Assembly (NCBI GenBank): GCA_002305475.1
Contig: DBRB01000003.1
Location: 111,844-175,843, forward strand
Direction of reading: 5' to 3'
DNA from: a candidate division WWE3 bacterium UBA1379
Lineage (GTDB): Bacteria; Patescibacteriota; WWE3; UBA101185; UBA10185
DNA length: 64,000 bases
The notes under the pieces were generated by a model that saw only the letters and a list, made by a program, of their open reading frames with translations, ran no database searches and had not been told where the DNA came from. Shown here piece by piece: positions 60,392 to 64,000 of this stretch (its first letter is position 1; each line of letters starts with the position of its first letter). The translations under genes and the position numbers were made by a program.

Positions 60392-61462
60392 TTAATCTCC
60401 TTTATTAATCTTATATCTAGTGGTATCCCATGAGTAATTTTTCTCATAGCTCAGATAGCCTTGGAAAAAACTTCTGATAAAAACTAAGCTAGACAAGAAA
60501 CGTAAGAAGTAAAAATGAAATATGTAAGGAAACAGTTTAAAGCTTCTGATTCTTATGGAAACCCAAAGTAGACTTGGAATAAAAAATAATCCCAGATCCA
60601 GTAGTATCGGATATTTTAGAACATGAATATAGTTAAAAACTAGAACTGAAGGAAAAAAGAAGATCAGCATAAATGCTAGTATGCTGTTGTATAACCCTTC
60701 TATAGCCATCAAAGTCACTTCAAAATCCAGAGTCTGACCGCCCCAAGGAATATTATGTTTCTTAACCGCCTGCCAGAAACCTGTATACCAACGGGTTATT
60801 TGTTTTAAAAAATCTTTAAGGTTGTTGGGGTCCTGAGTATATACTACCGCTTGTGGTACAAATACCATGTGATTATACCCTCTTCTGTGCAGTTGAAAGG
60901 TAAAGTCCATATCTTCGGTCAGGGTGCCGGTAGGAAATACGTTATTCCTCAGAATTTTGCTTCTGTAGACAGTAGCACATCCCGGCACAACTATGATTGC
61001 AGACATAAATGCTTGTGCCTGTTTATGTATGAAGTGTGAAATCTGGTATTCCCAGATCCGGTATTTTTCCACCCAGCTGTTTCCCCTACCCTCAACTCTC
61101 CCTACAGCAATCTGTACCTTTTTGTTTTTTTCCATAATTGGAATAATGTATTTAAGAAATTTCTTATCCGGTCTGGTGTCCGCATCCATTAGCAAGATAT
61201 AATGATAATTGTGTGCAATATTAAAATGAGCAATTCCCTGGTTTAATGCTGAAGCTTTGCCGGAGTTGGGCAGAATTAAAACATTGTCGGTGTATCTTAA
61301 TGCGATTTTTGACGTTTTGTCTTTAGACCCGTCATCAATCACATAGATATGTTCTTTTTTAACGATATTTTTAACTGCTTTTAGAGTATCAGATAGCACC
61401 AGTGCTTCATTATATGCTGGTATTATTACGGCTGTTTTATCGTCTACGGATTTTCTTGCCAT
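60392..61462 (-). CDS. Processive GT2 synthase (PgaC/IcaA-like)
   Basis: PAYNE, DDGS, GKA.ALN, DAD, PGC, TED, QITRW; C-terminal TMs. Confidence 0.85.
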   Translation of the reverse strand: MARKSVDDKTAVIIPAYNEALVLSDTLKAVKNIVKKEHIYVIDDGSKDKTSKIALRYTDNVLILPNSGKASALNQGIAHFNIAHNYHYILLMDADTRPDKKFLKYIIPIMEKNKKVQIAVGRVEGRGNSWVEKYRIWEYQISHFIHKQAQAFMSAIIVVPGCATVYRSKILRNNVFPTGTLTEDMDFTFQLHRRGYNHMVFVPQAVVYTQDPNNLKDFLKQITRWYTGFWQAVKKHNIPWGGQTLDFEVTLMAIEGLYNSILAFMLIFFFPSVLVFNYIHVLKYPILLDLGLFFIPSLLWVSIRIRSFKLFPYIFHFYFLRFLSSLVFIRSFFQGYLSYEKNYSWDTTRYKINKGD

Positions 61463-62337
61463 ATGATGTCCTCGAAGATCTGACTGGGCGTAACAACCGC
61501 AAGTCCAGAATTATTTATTTCCTCTATCAGCTGCCGAAAGGTTGATTCCTCAATACCATACTGTTCGTCCTTATCATTATTGATTTCGGCTCCTATCTGA
61601 TGAAATACAATTATGAGCCAATAACGGTTTTGTTTTGATTCATCAATCCACGACTTGATTTCATCAAAGGTTGTATTGATCTGAATATTTTTCACTTTCA
61701 AGTGATAAGAATCCAGATTATTTAAATCATTAAAACCTGGTTCAACCGTCCTATATGCAGAAAACTGCCTTGTAGCTTCCTCTTCGAGATCCGTACTGTT
61801 AACACCACAAGGACTAACAAAGACATCTGATGCCAGATCTTGATTCCACATTTCCATAGTTGCATATCTTAGTTCGTTTCTGATTTTGGTGCGACTCCAA
61901 TCTTGCATGGTACAGTCATGAAAGCGGCTGTGATTGGTTATTTCCCATCCTAGCTCCTGAAGAATTTTTACCTGTGCCCAGTTCATATAATTTGGTTTGC
62001 CGACTGCTTGTGTAGGTACTGCCAGTGTTCCGACATATCCGTATTCGTTTAGGATTTGTGCACCTTTGAGATATTGAGAAATCCAGGCGTCATCAAACCA
62101 GAAGGTGATATATCCAGAATCCGAAGGAGGAAGGGGCGGGTAGTCTATATCACCAACAGGAGCAGCATTAATTACACTGTTATCTGCAGATGCGATCTGA
62201 GGATTGTTGGTGATAAAAAGCAAAGTTCGGACATAGTTGAATGCCAACCATGCAATAAGACACGGAACTATCAACCAGAATAGAAAAGTATGATCTGATT
62301 TATTATTATTTCTTTTCATAAATACTGAAATCTCCAA
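61444..62337 (-). CDS. Polysaccharide deacetylase (CE4/NodB-like), membrane anchored
   Basis: TFWFDDA, NHSRFH, F.SP.G, VFHQI motifs; the start may be ATG 62319. Confidence 0.82.
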   Translation of the reverse strand: MEISVFMKRNNNKSDHTFLFWLIVPCLIAWLAFNYVRTLLFITNNPQIASADNSVINAAPVGDIDYPPLPPSDSGYITFWFDDAWISQYLKGAQILNEYGYVGTLAVPTQAVGKPNYMNWAQVKILQELGWEITNHSRFHDCTMQDWSRTKIRNELRYATMEMWNQDLASDVFVSPCGVNSTDLEEEATRQFSAYRTVEPGFNDLNNLDSYHLKVKNIQINTTFDEIKSWIDESKQNRYWLIIVFHQIGAEINNDKDEQYGIEESTFRQLIEEINNSGLAVVTPSQIFEDIIWQENP

Positions 62338-63745
62338 CTTGATATACTAGGTTGTACTGCTTCTCCACTTCCGGTAAAAGAATCTCTCTTAATGATTCTT
62401 TTTTTGGTGTATCGTCTGCAGTATTAAGCTCGATATATTGGAAGTACTTATCTTTGACCGCCTGCAGATAGCCATTTTCATCTGTGAATCCGGAATAATT
62501 TATCCAGTCAAAAGTTGTGATATTCACGGGATGATTTTTCTCATATAAGGCAAGCATCGTGGATGCACCTGCCTGAGTAAGTATTTTATCCCCCTGCTTG
62601 GAATTTTCAGAAAGAAATGAATCGATCATTGTGGTGTCAGGCCATGAGTGTTCCAGCTGTTTAAAAGTTATGATCGAACTGACAAGAAAATAGAGAATTC
62701 CGTAATATGCCGTGGCTTTTAGGAAAATAGAAGGAAAGGATTGAGAGTGGATTATATAAGACAGACCATAACCAATAATCGGAGAAAGAAAAACGACGGA
62801 AAAGTAGAGATGTTTATCCAGTGTAGTAAATCGATGGTAATAAAGATGAAAAGCCGGAAGTACTGATGCAAGAAACACAAGCATAGAAGCAGCATAGAAT
62901 TTCTTTTTAAGGATTAAAATAATTGCTGATATTAACCCGAATATCAGAACCAGTTTCATGTCATTCCATATTGTTTCAATAATTTCAGTTAGTGGATATA
63001 TTTCATAATCTATTTGTCCTGATACATAAGCCTTAAGGCTTTCCATATCAAAGACTAAGTAGACGGCAAATCCGGATAGCAAAGGTATTAAAAAATATTT
63101 AAACCAGATGTGAAGATTTTGTTTTTGGTACTTTCTTGTAAATATATAGGAAGCTACGACAATAAACGGAAAATAGATAGCAGTAACAATTTTGCAGAAA
63201 TATGAAAGAAGTAATCCTAAAGCTGATAAGAAATAATGTTTTCCCGTGCTTGTTTTTCCTGCTTTTATCATTTCGTTTATGGAAAAAATCAACAGAAAAA
63301 AGCTCGGAATATCATATGTAGCAAGACGGCTTGAGTATATGCCCACCCCGGAAAATCCTGCGATAATTACTGCTAGATACGCTGCAGTTTGATTAATCTT
63401 TTTTGAGAAAAGATTAAGGTGTCTGGTTAATATAAAAACCTCTTCTACTATCAACAGACTAAACATAATATTTAATAGCCTAGAGGCAGTGATTCCTCCG
63501 GTTTGAAAAACCAGGGATGTCATGATGGGATATACAAGCGGGGATCCTGCCATCCAAGACCGGGCTCCGAACGTGACAAAGTCATTTTCTAACAATCCCA
63601 TCTTGCCTACTACAATATATATGGCTTCATCGTTAAACGGAGAGTTATAATTCAGGTTGAATATCCGTAGGAAAGTTATTACGGCAATAAGCATATAAAA
63701 CAATATTAACGGGTGTTTTTTATTATAAATTTCAAAATTTATCAC
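62306..63745 (-). CDS. GT-C fold glycosyltransferase (GT39-like)
   Basis: LRIFNLNYNSPFNDEA.Y, G.P..YP, SRL, LATYD motifs; multi-TM. Confidence 0.8.
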   Translation of the reverse strand: MINFEIYNKKHPLILFYMLIAVITFLRIFNLNYNSPFNDEAIYIVVGKMGLLENDFVTFGARSWMAGSPLVYPIMTSLVFQTGGITASRLLNIMFSLLIVEEVFILTRHLNLFSKKINQTAAYLAVIIAGFSGVGIYSSRLATYDIPSFFLLIFSINEMIKAGKTSTGKHYFLSALGLLLSYFCKIVTAIYFPFIVVASYIFTRKYQKQNLHIWFKYFLIPLLSGFAVYLVFDMESLKAYVSGQIDYEIYPLTEIIETIWNDMKLVLIFGLISAIILILKKKFYAASMLVFLASVLPAFHLYYHRFTTLDKHLYFSVVFLSPIIGYGLSYIIHSQSFPSIFLKATAYYGILYFLVSSIITFKQLEHSWPDTTMIDSFLSENSKQGDKILTQAGASTMLALYEKNHPVNITTFDWINYSGFTDENGYLQAVKDKYFQYIELNTADDTPKKESLREILLPEVEKQYNLVYQVGDFSIYEKK

Positions 63746-64000
63746 TAAAATCGATATCTCTTTAACTATTTATATAGGTCTAAAGTATACGTAGAAAAGT
63801 ATTAGAAGCGTTAGTATTATGTTAAAGGAATAATATTTAAAATAAGTTATTCTATTAATTATTATAATATGAATGAGACTACCTGTTTCTCTCGTTTTTA
63901 ACAAACAACCAGGTACCGATGGTGATGAATATAATTGTAAGTATTGCAATAATTAACAGATTAATAAAGTAATTATGAAGTACTATCTTGTTGTATTCCT

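Noticed and set aside
2424-62283. Many 60-125 aa ORFs nested in or antisense to well-supported genes (e.g. 5446, 5869, 31949, 43697, 45601, 47120)
   Set aside because: Shadow frames with no start signals or recognisable motifs.
1-64000. CRISPR array, DGR, IS elements, rRNA
   Set aside because: No regularly spaced repeats, reverse transcriptase, transposase or rRNA-like sequence seen by eye; subtle repeats could have been missed.
1-64000. Alternative genetic code (TGA reassigned, as in Gracilibacteria/Absconditabacteria)
   Set aside because: Conserved genes are full-length under code 11, and TGA ends genes at 22412, 60301 and 56017.
63873-64000. 27-aa ORF with CKYC (63873..63956) and a partial ORF from 63975
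   Set aside because: Too short, no clear start signal, and truncated by the window edge; cannot be supported.

Overview
This is an AT-rich, densely packed bacterial chromosomal segment read with standard code 11. The gene content (many GT-C membrane glycosyltransferases, no biosynthetic operons, many ORFans) suggests a Patescibacteria/CPR genome, possibly WWE3/Microgenomatia-like; that assignment is inference. It holds three tRNAs (Leu-TAA, Gly-TCC, Arg-TCT) and redox/repair genes (trxB, sodA, msrB-msrA, xthA, mpg, rarA, tspO). Surface-glycan genes include a ~19 kb cluster of nine GT-C genes, a GH8 + PilZ-less cellulose-synthase-like + 2x GT-C operon, and a GT-C + CE4 + processive GT2 operon facing a GH18. 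There is also a copper island (two-component system, HMA/DsbD-like protein, CopA), a class F sortase with a tiny tail-less substrate, and a stand-alone rpsD. Patterns not in the ORF track: (i) a -10 box exactly 6 nt before the ATG in 19 genes, suggesting leaderless expression; (ii) eight small ORFans with strong Shine-Dalgarno sites and their own terminators; (iii) a 15-bp complementarity between pre-tRNA-Arg and the next gene's start region; (iv) an unannotated 48-aa ORF, a YfhO-like pseudogene remnant and a frameshifted Zn-finger gene. I saw no CRISPR array, rRNA, transposase or integrase. All family calls come from motif recognition by eye, not database searches.
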